DNA of 64,000 nt, taken from the NCBI GenBank assembly GCA_963731055.1, contig CAVSUD010000014.1:33575-97574 (forward strand), written 5' to 3'. The stretch is from an uncultured Actinomycetes bacterium. Lineage in GTDB: Bacteria; Actinomycetota; Acidimicrobiia; Acidimicrobiales; CADCTF01. Under the pieces are notes generated by a model. That model did not search any database. It worked only from the letters and a program-made list of their open reading frames with translations, and was not told the DNA's origin. This document shows positions 20,857 to 31,635 of this stretch, piece after piece; the stretch's first letter is position 1, and each line of letters opens with the position of its first letter. Made by a program: the position numbers and the translations under genes.

Positions 20857-21111
20857 CCCGTCCTCTTGAAGCTGGTCATCGGCCTCGGCGTCGCCTACGT
20901 CATCTTGAAGCTGGGCTTCTGGATGCTGCGAGGCCTGGCCAACCCGTTGCCCCCGCCCCCGCCGTCGGGTGAGCTGCGCCGGGTGAACCTGCGCTACCGC
21001 TGCGACGTGTGCGGGGTCGAGCTCAGGATGACGGCCGCGCCGGACGAGGATCCGCCCCCACCCCGCCACTGCACCGAGGAGATGGAGCTCGTCGCCCCCG
21101 TGATGGAGTAG
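20854..21111 (+). CDS. small membrane protein with C-terminal CCHC zinc-knuckle-like motif
   Basis: 85-aa ORF with high GC3. It has TM 'LLKLVIGLGVAYVILKLGFWML', a Pro tract, then 'RYRCDVCGVELRM...PPRHCTEEM'. Confidence 0.55.
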   Translation: MPVLLKLVIGLGVAYVILKLGFWMLRGLANPLPPPPPSGELRRVNLRYRCDVCGVELRMTAAPDEDPPPPRHCTEEMELVAPVME

Positions 21112-21120
21112 CCCCCGCCG

Positions 21121-21151
21121 TCGTCCACAGGCTGTGGACAGAGTTGGGGAA
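21121..21151. promoter_or_regulatory. 17-bp palindrome made of two head-to-head DnaA-box-like elements (composite-motif copy A)
   Basis: tcGTCCACAGgCTGTGGACagagttGGGGAa. GTCCACAG (21123-21130) and CTGTGGAC (21132-21139) are perfect reverse complements. Each contains the GTCCACA core of the actinobacterial DnaA box TTGTCCACA. Confidence 0.4.
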
Positions 21152-21183
21152 GATCACACCGGTGTAACTCGGCCGGCGGCGCT

Positions 21184-22176
21184 TCAGTTGCCGGCGCCGG
21201 CGAAGACCGCCGCCCGCACGCCTCGATCGGCGAGCTCGCGCAGGAAGGCCAGCGGCTCGGGCACGAGCTCGGCGAGGCCGGCGCTGCCGGCCCGGGCCAG
21301 GCGGCCCGAGGTCACCCAGGAGGTGGCCACGGCGGCGACGGCGCCGGCGGCGAGGCCGGGACGGTCGATGGCGCCGAGGACGCGCGCGTCGGTGGTGGAG
21401 CCGCGGCGGCCCCGCACCTCGACCCGCACGGCGCCGAGGGCCCCCTCGGCGTGGGGCCGGCGGAGCATGGGGAGCCGGGAGCTGATCCGATCGCGGCGGG
21501 AGGCACTGACCCGGGCCGTGATCCGGCCGACGCCGGCGAAGGCACCGCGGAGCAACAGGGCGTCGGGAAGCGCGGCCCGATAGCAGTCGAGGCCGCCGAC
21601 GGGATCGGGAAACCACGACAGCTCGCGACCCGACCCGGCCGCCCGCCGCACCCACGCACCGTCGCGCCAGTCGAGGGCTTCCCCGGCCAGGGCGGCGTGG
21701 TGCTGGCGGGCACACGCCGGGCCGCCCGTGCCCGCCTTGGCGATGTGGATCTCGTCGATGGAGGAGAAGTCCGCCGCCGCGTGCCGGGCCAGCAGGCACG
21801 TGAGCCCGGGCGAGAAGCCGGCGCCGATCACGACGTGCCGGCCCCGTTCCCGCGCCTCGGCATCGAGGGCGAGCAACCCGTTCGTCTCCTCGACGTCGTC
21901 GGTGGTCGACACCACGTCGACCCCCCGTTCGAGCGCCCACTCCGCATGCTGGCGGTGAGACCCCGCCGGCAGCGCCAGCACCAGCACCGAAGCGCCGGCG
22001 AGGAGGTCGGGACGCCACCGCTCGGCCCGGGCCGGACGCCCCAACGAGGCCGCGACCGTGGTGGCCCGGGCGTGGTCGCGATCAGTGACGATCAGGTCGG
22101 TCAGGCCGTCGAGGCCGTGGAGCTGCCGGGCGGCACGGGCTCCGACGGCTCCGGCCCCGGCGACGACGAGCCGCAC
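21184..22176 (-). CDS. saccharopine dehydrogenase-like NAD(P)-binding oxidoreductase
   Basis: Intact 330-aa ORF. It has the Rossmann N-terminus 'MRLVVAGAGAVGARAARQL' and 'VVIGAGFSPGLTCLLARH', typical of the Sacchrp_dh family. Confidence 0.7.
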   Translation of the reverse strand: MRLVVAGAGAVGARAARQLHGLDGLTDLIVTDRDHARATTVAASLGRPARAERWRPDLLAGASVLVLALPAGSHRQHAEWALERGVDVVSTTDDVEETNGLLALDAEARERGRHVVIGAGFSPGLTCLLARHAAADFSSIDEIHIAKAGTGGPACARQHHAALAGEALDWRDGAWVRRAAGSGRELSWFPDPVGGLDCYRAALPDALLLRGAFAGVGRITARVSASRRDRISSRLPMLRRPHAEGALGAVRVEVRGRRGSTTDARVLGAIDRPGLAAGAVAAVATSWVTSGRLARAGSAGLAELVPEPLAFLRELADRGVRAAVFAGAGN

Positions 22177-22179
22177 CCG

Positions 22180-22317
22180 CTACCGCAGCTCGGGACCGGT
22201 GAGCTCGCGCCAGCCGCCCCCCTGGGGCGGGACACCACCGGTCCCCCGGAGACGGAGGACGCCGGCGACGACGCCGGCGGTCAGGAGCGCGACCACGGCA
22301 CGGCGGATGGCCCTCAC
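22180..22317 (-). CDS. possible 45-aa single-TM peptide upstream of the dehydrogenase
   Basis: GTG at 22317 in the frame of ORF 22180..22767. '(M)RAIRRAVVALLTAGVVAGVLRL' looks like a TM. The stop is 3 nt before the downstream start. The rest of the 195-aa ORF looks non-coding. Confidence 0.3.
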   Translation of the reverse strand: MRAIRRAVVALLTAGVVAGVLRLRGTGGVPPQGGGWRELTGPELR

Positions 22318-22437
22318 GAGCGTCACCCTACTGCGCCGACGAGCCGGGACCCGGGGCCGGCGTTCGGGCAGACTGCCCCCATGGGCCCGGACCCCACCCC
22401 TCCCCCGCGCACCGTCGCGACGTAGCGCACCCGGCCC

Positions 22438-22818
22438 GTGGACTCGATCCTCTCCGACTCGGTCCTCCGCGACGCGGTCGACGTGCTCGTCCGCCTGGTC
22501 GAGGCGGCCGGCGCACTGGTGATCTTCGCCGGCGCCGCCATCGGCTTCGTCCGCTTCGTCGCCGCCGCCGTGCGCACCCGACGGGCCGAGACGTTCGTCC
22601 CCGTGCGCCTCGACCTGGGCCGCTTCCTCGCTCTCGGCCTCGAGTTCCAACTCGCCGCCGACATCCTGCGCACGGCCATCGCGCCCAGCTTCCGCGAGAT
22701 CGGGCAGCTGGCGGCCGTTGCCGCCATCCGGACGGCGCTCAACTTCTTCCTCAGCCGCGAGATCCAACAGGAGCGGGCGGAGGTGGCCGCCACCTCGAAC
22801 CCCTCGGGGAGCGAGTGA
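22438..22818 (+). CDS. DUF1622-family membrane protein
   Basis: 126-aa ORF. 'LVRLVEAAGALVIFAGAAIGFVRF..LGRFLALGLEFQLAADILRT..AVAAIRTALNFFL' resembles DUF1622. Confidence 0.65.
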   Translation: MDSILSDSVLRDAVDVLVRLVEAAGALVIFAGAAIGFVRFVAAAVRTRRAETFVPVRLDLGRFLALGLEFQLAADILRTAIAPSFREIGQLAAVAAIRTALNFFLSREIQQERAEVAATSNPSGSE

Positions 22819-23060
22819 TGCGCGCCGTGGTGGCGACGGCCGCCTTGGGCGTGACCGCCGCCGGCGTTCTCGTCGTCGTGGTGGGGACGGTCCTCACGGG
22901 CGACGCCCGCCGCTCGCTGCGGGCCGGGCTCGACCTCTGGCTGGCCGCCGGCCTCCTCCGCTTGACCGACGCGCCGCCGCTCGCCGCTCTCGCGGCGGCC
23001 GGTGCCATCATCGGCATCCGCCAGCTCATCGGGGCCAGCCCCCGCCGGCGCCCGACCTGA
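22815..23060 (+). CDS. small hydrophobic protein (hypothetical)
   Basis: 81-aa ORF whose ATG overlaps the upstream stop (ATGA). Two predicted TMs and no motif. Confidence 0.4.
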   Translation: MMRAVVATAALGVTAAGVLVVVVGTVLTGDARRSLRAGLDLWLAAGLLRLTDAPPLAALAAAGAIIGIRQLIGASPRRRPT

Positions 23061-23109
23061 CCGGAATCAGCCGCGCCGACCTCCGGGTTCAGCCCGTCGG
23101 GGGGAGGGG

Positions 23110-23183
23110 TGGGGCTAGATGGAATCGAACCATCGACCTCAGCATTATCAGTGCTGCGCTCTAACCAACTGAGCTATAGCCCC
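23110..23183 (-). tRNA. ileT: tRNA-Ile (anticodon GAT)
   Basis: The reverse complement is GGGGCTATAGCTCAGTTGGTTAGAGCGCAGCACTGATAATGCTGAGGTCGATGGTTCGATTCCATCTAGCCCCA. The anticodon loop is CTGATAA. It starts 7 nt after the DUF3566 stop. Confidence 0.92.
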
Positions 23184-23190
23184 GTAGGAG

Positions 23191-23706
23191 TCACGCAGGA
23201 TAGCCGGGTGCGACCGGCTGGTCCTCCCCACGGACCGGCACCTCCACCGGCGCCTCGACCGGCTCCTCGACCGGCCTCGACCGCGCCGGACGGCGGTCGG
23301 GGGAGGGGGCGGCGGCCCGGGTGGCCGGGACCGCGGGCGGGGGGACGGCGCGGGTGTCCTCCTCGAGGACGGTCACCTCGATGCCGCCCACGACGTCGCT
23401 GATCAGGTTGTAGACGACCGCGATCAACACGGCCAGGCCGGTGCCGAGGATGACCAGGACGAGGCCGGCGGCGGTGAACCCCTTGAGGAGCTGGCTGCCG
23501 ACGAAGCGGAAGTCCTCGAACCCGATGGCCCGCATGAACTTCTCGGCGCCGCCGATGGCCCCGAAGGCCGAGCCCAGCGCCCACAGGATGACGCCGGCGA
23601 TGAGCAGCACGAGCACCAGGCTCAGGGAGAAGAGGGCGGAGACCTTGAGGACCGACCAGGTGTCGATCTTTCGGACCACGCGACGGACGCGACGACCTTG
23701 AGCCAT
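23191..23706 (-). CDS. DUF3566-domain transmembrane protein (Rv0007-like)
   Basis: 171-aa ORF. 'RRVVRKIDTWSVLKVSALFSLSLVLVLLIAGVILW..' is the conserved DUF3566 N-terminus. It sits downstream of gyrA and next to ileT, as in mycobacteria. Confidence 0.75.
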   Translation of the reverse strand: MAQGRRVRRVVRKIDTWSVLKVSALFSLSLVLVLLIAGVILWALGSAFGAIGGAEKFMRAIGFEDFRFVGSQLLKGFTAAGLVLVILGTGLAVLIAVVYNLISDVVGGIEVTVLEEDTRAVPPPAVPATRAAAPSPDRRPARSRPVEEPVEAPVEVPVRGEDQPVAPGYPA

Positions 23707-24377
23707 GGTCCCCGGAGCCTACCCAGCGGGGTGGGGGGGAACCGCCGTTCACACAGCTCGAAGTGGACCGGGTCACTGGTCGGGTACGGCCGGCACAGGC
23801 CGGTCGACCGGCCGGTCGCGGCAAGGCGGTCGGCCACCGCCGGGGGGACGTCGACGGCCAGCCCCCGCTCGTGCATCGACGTGCCCGGCGGCGCCACCGG
23901 ATAGGGGTTCGTCGATCGGTGGGCCCAGAGTCGGTGCTGCTCGACGGGGCTGCGCACGCCGGATGTGACCGGGATGGGCCCGCCCAGGAGCTGACCGGCC
24001 CGGGCCAGGGCGGCCTGCAGTGCCGGCGCCAGCCCGGGGGCGGGCCCGGTCGGCACGGCGGGCGACGCCGGCGCGGCCCGGGCCCGAGCCGACGCCGTCT
24101 CCGCACCCACCCGCACCCGCACCCGCACGTCGGGTCCGGCTCGTTCGTAGGTGAGGACGGCACCACCGTTGGCCGTGGCCAGGCGGCGCGCGGCGGCCTC
24201 CCCATCGGCGGGAGGGGCCGTGGCGGCGGCCAAGGCGGCCCCATCGGCGGCGGTCTGGGCCCGTGCCGCCGCCACCGCCCCGGAGCCGAAGCGACCGAGG
24301 CCGAGCGTCGCCAGGCCGAGCACGACCGCGAGCAGGGCGAGGAGCGGGGCCACCTGGCCCCGTTCGTCGTTGGACAT
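23622..24377 (-). CDS. Tad/TadE-like N-terminal membrane anchor fused to M15 (VanY-type) D,D-peptidase domain; 3' end probably mis-framed
   Basis: 251-aa ORF. The N-terminus 'ERGQVAPLLALLAVVLGLATLG' is TadE/G-like. The C-terminus is 'TSGVRSPVEQHRLW..SMHERGLAVDV..DPVHFEL'. The tail after HFEL overlaps the next gene by 85 nt. A +/-1 change in the G7 run 23733-23739 would give a stop at 23719. Confidence 0.6.
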   Translation of the reverse strand: MSNDERGQVAPLLALLAVVLGLATLGLGRFGSGAVAAARAQTAADGAALAAATAPPADGEAAARRLATANGGAVLTYERAGPDVRVRVRVGAETASARARAAPASPAVPTGPAPGLAPALQAALARAGQLLGGPIPVTSGVRSPVEQHRLWAHRSTNPYPVAPPGTSMHERGLAVDVPPAVADRLAATGRSTGLCRPYPTSDPVHFELCERRFPPTPLGRLRGPWLKVVASVAWSERSTPGRSSRSPPSSP

Positions 24378-24414
24378 GGGAGTTCCTCTCGAAGCGGACC
24401 GAGAGGGGGAAGCG

Positions 24415-26895
24415 TCAGGCCGGGGCGGGTTCCTCGTCCGTGGGACGGTCGAGGATCGGGGCCGCCGAGGCGACGGTGGAGCCGGCGTCGAGGTTCATCA
24501 CCTTGATGCCGGTGGCATCGCGGCCCTGGCTCGAGATGCCCCGCACCGGGGTGCGGACGGTGACGCCGGCGGAGGAGACGAGGAAGATCTCGTCGTCGAT
24601 GCCAACCATGAAGGCGGCCACGACGTAGCCCTTCTTGGCCGTGAGCTTGATGCCGCGCACGCCTTGGCCACCGCGGGCCTGGACGTTGAAGCGGTCGAGC
24701 TGCGTCCGCTTCCCGTACCCGGACTCGGTGACGATGAGGATGCTGGTGTCGTCGCGGGCGACGTCGCAGGAGACGACGGCGTCGTCGGCCTTCATCCGCA
24801 TGCCGCGGACCCCGGCCGCCCCGCGACCCATGGGCCGGACGTCGGTCTCGGCGAAGCGGATGGTCACACCGCCGCGGCTGACCATGAAGATGTCGTCGCT
24901 CCCCGAGGTCTGCAGCACCCGGACGAGCTCGTCGCCGTCGTGGAGGTTGATGGCGATGAAGCCCTCGCGCCGGCTCTTGTCGTACTCGCTGAACGGGGTC
25001 TTCTTGACCTGGCCGCTGCGGGTGGCGAAGAAGAGGAACCGGTCCTCGGGGTAGTCGCGGGTGTCGATGATGGCCTGGATCTTCTCGTCCGGCGCCAGGG
25101 GCAGGAGGTTGACGATGGCGGTCCCGCGCGCGGTCCGTTCCTTCATCGGGACCTCGTGGGCCTTGAGCCGGTACACCTTCCCGGTGTTGGAGAAGAACAG
25201 CAGGTAGGCGTGGGCCGACGTGTGGATGATCTGGGTGACCAGATCCTCTTCCTTCAGCTTGGCGCCGGCCACGCCCCGGCCGCCACGACCCTGCGTGCGG
25301 AAGTTGGCCGCCGCCGTCGTCTTGATGTAGCCGGCCTTGGTCATCGTGACGACGAGGGGCGCGTCGTCGATGAAGTCCTCGGCGTTCATCTCGCCCGGGT
25401 CGTAGGTGATCTCGGCCCGCCGGTCGGTGGCGAACTGGTCCTTGATCTCGGTCATCTCGGACTTGATGACGCCCCGCAGCTTGGCCGGGTCGTTGAGGAT
25501 CGACTCGAGCTCGGCGATCGTCTCGCGCAGCTCGGCCATCTCCTTTTCGAGGTCGGCCCGGCCGAGGCGGGTGAGGCGGCCGAGGGTCATGTCCAGGATG
25601 TGGTTGGCCTGGATCTCGCTGAACTCGAAGGGTGCGGCCATGAGGCCTTCGCGGGCGGCCGGACGGTCTTCGGACCCGCGGATGAGGGTGATGATGGCGT
25701 CGATCATGTCGAGCGCCTTGAGCAGGCCCTCGACGATGTGGGCCCGGTCCTGGGCCTTCTTCAGGCGGTACTTCGACCGCCGGGTGATCACGTCGACCTG
25801 GTGGTCGATGTAGTGCTGGAGCATCTGGACGAGGTTGAGCGTGCGGGGCACGCCGTCGACCAGGGCGACCATGTTCACGCCGAAGCTCGTCTGTAGCGCG
25901 GTCTGCTTGAACAGGTTGTTGAGCACGACGTTGGCGTTGGCATCGCGCTTGAGCGGGAAGACGATCTTGGTGTCGACGCCGGCGCTGAGGTTCTGGATGT
26001 CGCGGATGCCGTCGAGCTCGCGAGCGTTGACCAGCTCGGCCACCTTCTGCTCGAGCGTGGCCGGGCTGGCCTGGTAGGGCAGCTCGGTGACGACGATCTG
26101 GCTCCCGCCGGTGCGGGTCTCCTCGATCTCGGCCCGGGCCCGCACCCGGATGGAGCCGCGGCCGGTGCGGTAGGCCTCGATGATCCCGGCCCGACCGAGG
26201 ATCAGGCCGCCGGTCGGGAAGTCGGGACCCTTGATGAACTGCATCAGGTCGTCGGCGGTGGCGTCCGGATGGTCGATCAGGTGGAGCGTGCCGTCGATCA
26301 CCTCGCCCAGGTTGTGGGGCGGGATGTTCGTGGCCATGGCCACGGCGATGCCCTGGCTGCCGTTGACGAGCAGGTTCGGGAACCGCGACGGGAGCACCGT
26401 CGGCTCCTCGAACTCGTTGGTGTAGTTCGGCTGGAAGTCGACGGTGTCCTCGTCGATGCCGGCGAGCATGTGGGTGGCGAGCTGCCCGAGTCGGGACTCG
26501 GTGTACCTCTCGGCCGCCGCCGGGTAGTCCTGCGAGCCGTAGTTCCCGTGGAAGTCGATGAGCGGGTGGCGCAGCGAGAAGGGCTGGGCCATGCGGACGA
26601 GGGCGTCGTAGATGGCCGACTGCCCGTGCGGGTGCCACTTGCCCATCACGTCGCCCGTGACGCGGGCGCACTTCATGCGGGGTCGGTCGGGGCGGACGCC
26701 GAGGTCGTGCATCCCGTAGAGGATCCGGCGGTGAACGGGCTTGAGGCCGTCGCGCACGTCGGGGAGGGCCCGCTGCACGATGACCCACATGGCGTACTCC
26801 AGGAAGGAGCGCTCCATCTCCTCTTGGATCTCGATCGGTTCGACGCCGTCGGGCGGCTCCGCTCCGGGCGGCTCGGTCGTGGTGATGTCGCTCAT
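24415..26895 (-). CDS. gyrA: DNA gyrase subunit A
   Basis: Intact 826-aa ORF. It carries 'RALPDVRDGLKPVHRRILY', 'AAERYTESRL' (catalytic Tyr region) and the C-terminal beta-pinwheel repeats. Confidence 0.97.
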   Translation of the reverse strand: MSDITTTEPPGAEPPDGVEPIEIQEEMERSFLEYAMWVIVQRALPDVRDGLKPVHRRILYGMHDLGVRPDRPRMKCARVTGDVMGKWHPHGQSAIYDALVRMAQPFSLRHPLIDFHGNYGSQDYPAAAERYTESRLGQLATHMLAGIDEDTVDFQPNYTNEFEEPTVLPSRFPNLLVNGSQGIAVAMATNIPPHNLGEVIDGTLHLIDHPDATADDLMQFIKGPDFPTGGLILGRAGIIEAYRTGRGSIRVRARAEIEETRTGGSQIVVTELPYQASPATLEQKVAELVNARELDGIRDIQNLSAGVDTKIVFPLKRDANANVVLNNLFKQTALQTSFGVNMVALVDGVPRTLNLVQMLQHYIDHQVDVITRRSKYRLKKAQDRAHIVEGLLKALDMIDAIITLIRGSEDRPAAREGLMAAPFEFSEIQANHILDMTLGRLTRLGRADLEKEMAELRETIAELESILNDPAKLRGVIKSEMTEIKDQFATDRRAEITYDPGEMNAEDFIDDAPLVVTMTKAGYIKTTAAANFRTQGRGGRGVAGAKLKEEDLVTQIIHTSAHAYLLFFSNTGKVYRLKAHEVPMKERTARGTAIVNLLPLAPDEKIQAIIDTRDYPEDRFLFFATRSGQVKKTPFSEYDKSRREGFIAINLHDGDELVRVLQTSGSDDIFMVSRGGVTIRFAETDVRPMGRGAAGVRGMRMKADDAVVSCDVARDDTSILIVTESGYGKRTQLDRFNVQARGGQGVRGIKLTAKKGYVVAAFMVGIDDEIFLVSSAGVTVRTPVRGISSQGRDATGIKVMNLDAGSTVASAAPILDRPTDEEPAPA

Positions 26896-26915
26896 CGGTC
26901 GGTGGTCCTCGCCGT

Positions 26916-28916
<2,001 letters not shown>

Positions 28917-29048
28917 GGGCGCGACCTCGCGATTTCCTTGGGTCCGGATCGGCCGTTCCGGGCGGCGAAACCCCTGGTCAGCGGGGTCGCGGCGGTCGGA
29001 ATTGCAATGGTGGGATCTTACCAGAAATCGCGCCTCTGGAGGGGGCTT

Positions 29049-29429
29049 CTAGGAGGCTCGGAAAGGCGGCCGTTTGGCCGTCTGCGGCCCGCTCTCGACC
29101 CGGAGGTCGATGCGGCCCACGACACCCTCCCCGGCCACGTCCGCGAGGCGGGCCAGGAGGTCGTTCGAGAGGTATCGCAGCTGGGTCGCCCACCCCGGCG
29201 CGTCGACGAGCACCACGAGGACGCCGTCGTTCAGGGACGACGGCCGGGCGTGGGCGGCGATCGAGGCCCCGACCGCCTCCTCCCACTGCGAGAACACCGC
29301 CCCGAGCGAGGCCGCCGTGGGCGCCCCGAGCCGGCGGGCGAGGTGCTCGAGGCTGTCGCGGACCGGCCGGGGCGCAGAACGCCACTCGTCCTCGGCCCAG
29401 TGCCCCCGCCGGGTGCGATCGATCGTCAC
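29049..29429 (-). CDS. DUF721/DciA-like protein (Rv0004 position)
   Basis: The GTG at 29429 overlaps the recF stop (GTGA), in the frame of ORF 29049..29807. 'VFSQWEEAVGASIAAHARPSSLNDGVLVVLVDAPGWATQLRYL' is DUF721-like. Confidence 0.7.
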   Translation of the reverse strand: MTIDRTRRGHWAEDEWRSAPRPVRDSLEHLARRLGAPTAASLGAVFSQWEEAVGASIAAHARPSSLNDGVLVVLVDAPGWATQLRYLSNDLLARLADVAGEGVVGRIDLRVESGPQTAKRPPFRAS

Positions 29430-30500
29430 GTCAGCCGCCCCCCGGACACCCGCACCAGGCGGGCCGGACGGGCGGACTCCGGGACGAGCCCGGCCGTCGT
29501 CAGCAACGCCTGGCCGGGAGGGAGATGGGCGAGGAGGGCCTCGGACCGCTCGGGGTCGAGCTCGGAGAACACGTCGTCGAGGAGGAGGACGGGGCTCGCC
29601 CCGACGGCCTCGCCGACCAGGCGGTGGGCGGCCAACCGGAGGGCGAGGGCGAGCGATCGCTGCTCTCCCTGGGAGGCGTGCGTGCGGCCCGGGAGGCCGC
29701 CGATGGCGAGCGCCAACTCGTCGCGGTGCGGGCCGACCAGCGAGACCCCCCGCCGGAGGTCGTCGGCCCTGGAGTCGGCCACCGCGTCGGCCAACGAGCC
29801 CGACCACGAGCGTCGGTAGTCGACGCTGACGTCGGCCGCGGTGTGCGCCACCTGGTCGTAGGCCTTCCCGACCTCGGGCTCGAGGCGCACCACGAGCTCC
29901 TCACGGGCCTCGACGAGGGCCGTGCCGGTGGCGGCGAGCTTGGTGTCCCACACGTCGAGCGTGCTGGCCACCTCGGGCGACAGGCGGCCGCCCGACTGGC
30001 GGAGCAGCGTGTTGCGCTGGCGCAACACCCGGTCCACGTCCCGCTGGAGGGCGTCGTACTTGGGATGCAGGGCGACCAGGACCTCGTCGAGGAAGCGCCG
30101 GCGCTCGCCCGGGCCCCCCTTGCACAACACCAGGTCGTCGGGGGCGAACACGCTGACGCGGAGCGCACCCAGGAGGTCACGGGCCCGTTTCAGGGGTTGG
30201 CGGTTCACCTGGATGCGGTCCCGTCCGGACGGGTTGAGCTCGGCCTCGATCAGGAGGCTGCGCTCGTCCCGCTCCGCTTCGGCCCGCACCACGGCCGTCG
30301 GAGCGCCCTGGCGGACCAGCGCGTCGCCGGGCGCGCCCGCGGAACGACGACAGGGTCGCCAGGTACCCGATGGCCTCGAGCAGGTTCGTCTTGCCCTCGC
30401 CGTTGGCCCCCACGATCACCGTGAGACCCTCGGGATCGGGCTCCAGCTCGGCCGACTCGTAGTTCCGGAAGTTGGTCAACCAGAGGCGGGTGACCCGCAC
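29426..30500 (-). pseudogene. recF: DNA replication/repair protein RecF with a single frame break near 30340
   Basis: The N-terminus 'MRVTRLWLTNFRNYESAEL..IVGANGEGKTNLLEAIGYLATLSSFRG' is in ORF 30177..30500. The rest ('..FLDEVLVALHPKY..LLLDDVFSELD') is in ORF 29426..30292. The junction is consistent with one extra G in 'cgcGGGcgcg'. Confidence 0.9.
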
Positions 30501-30513
30501 GGCGCGGCCCTCC

Positions 30514-31635
30514 TCAGTTGGTGAGGCGCACGGGCATGAGGAGGTACAGGTAGTCGCTGCCCTCGGTGCTCCGCACGGTGGCCGGCTTCATGGGATCGAG
30601 GGTCTCGAGGACGATCTCGTCGCCCCCGACGGCTTCCAGGCCGTCGATCAAGAAGGAGGGGTTGAAGCCCATCACGAGCTCGGTTCCCTCGTACTTCGCG
30701 TCCAGGTCCTCGGTGGCCTGGCCCAGCTCCTGGGTGATGACCGTGCACTCGACGCCGTCGGCCCGCAGCGACACCCGCACCGGCGTGATCGCATCCTTGA
30801 CCAGCAGGCGCACCCGGCGGACGGCGTCGAGCAGTGCCTCGCGGTTGACGACCAGCCGGTTCGGATAGCTGTCGGGGATGAGCTTCTGGTACGGCGGGAA
30901 CTCGCCCTCGATCAGGCGGGTGGTGAGCCGCACCGTGCCGACCTCGAACGACGCGTCGCGCTCCCCCAGCCGCAGGGTCACCGACTCGGCGCCGTTGAGG
31001 AGCCGCTGGAGCTCGGACAGGGCGCGCCCGGGCACCAGGACCTGCTGGTTCTCCCGCAGCACGGTCGTTCCCGGCAGGTCACGAACGGCCAGTCGGTAGC
31101 GGTCGGTGGCCACCAGACGCAGCCCCGCGCCTTCGGCGGTCATGAGCACGCCGCTGATGACGGGGAGGCTGTCGTCGGAGCTGGCGGCCCGGACGACCTG
31201 GCGCAGGGCCTCGGCCAGCTCGGCCGCCTGGAGCGTCACCGCATCGCCGCCGGCCGCCGTGTCACCCTCGGCCGGGAACGGCAAGCGGGGGAACTCGTCG
31301 GCCGGAAGGATCCGCACGGCGAACTGCGACCGACCCGAGGTGACCCGCACCTCCTCGTCGCCCGACTCGAACGTCACCGCGCCCGGCTCGAGGGCCCGCA
31401 CGATCTCGGCGATCAGGCGGGCGGGCAGGACCGAGACGCCGTCCTCGATGCCGTTGATGGCCGTCTCGACCTGGATGGTCAGATCGAGATCGCTCCCGGC
31501 CAGCCGGAGCTGATCTCCCACCACCTCCAGGCGGACGCCGGACAGGACGGGGAGCGCGCCGCCACGCGTGGCGACGGCTCGTCCCGCAGTGCTCAGGGCT
31601 TCGACGAGGGTGTCACGCTCGCAACGGAACTTCAC
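30514..31635 (-). CDS. dnaN: DNA polymerase III beta sliding clamp
   Basis: Intact 373-aa ORF with a GTG start and a purine-rich SD. 'MKFRCERDTLVEALSTAGRAV' and the overall three-domain length fit DnaN. Confidence 0.95.
   Translation of the reverse strand: MKFRCERDTLVEALSTAGRAVATRGGALPVLSGVRLEVVGDQLRLAGSDLDLTIQVETAINGIEDGVSVLPARLIAEIVRALEPGAVTFESGDEEVRVTSGRSQFAVRILPADEFPRLPFPAEGDTAAGGDAVTLQAAELAEALRQVVRAASSDDSLPVISGVLMTAEGAGLRLVATDRYRLAVRDLPGTTVLRENQQVLVPGRALSELQRLLNGAESVTLRLGERDASFEVGTVRLTTRLIEGEFPPYQKLIPDSYPNRLVVNREALLDAVRRVRLLVKDAITPVRVSLRADGVECTVITQELGQATEDLDAKYEGTELVMGFNPSFLIDGLEAVGGDEIVLETLDPMKPATVRSTEGSDYLYLLMPVRLTN

Noticed and set aside
23174-26788. 1204-aa - strand ORF overlapping gyrA
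   Set aside because: It is out of frame with the intact gyrA (24415-26895). Its composition is Arg/Pro/Gly-rich with no motifs, and it runs through tRNA-Ile. Shadow ORF.
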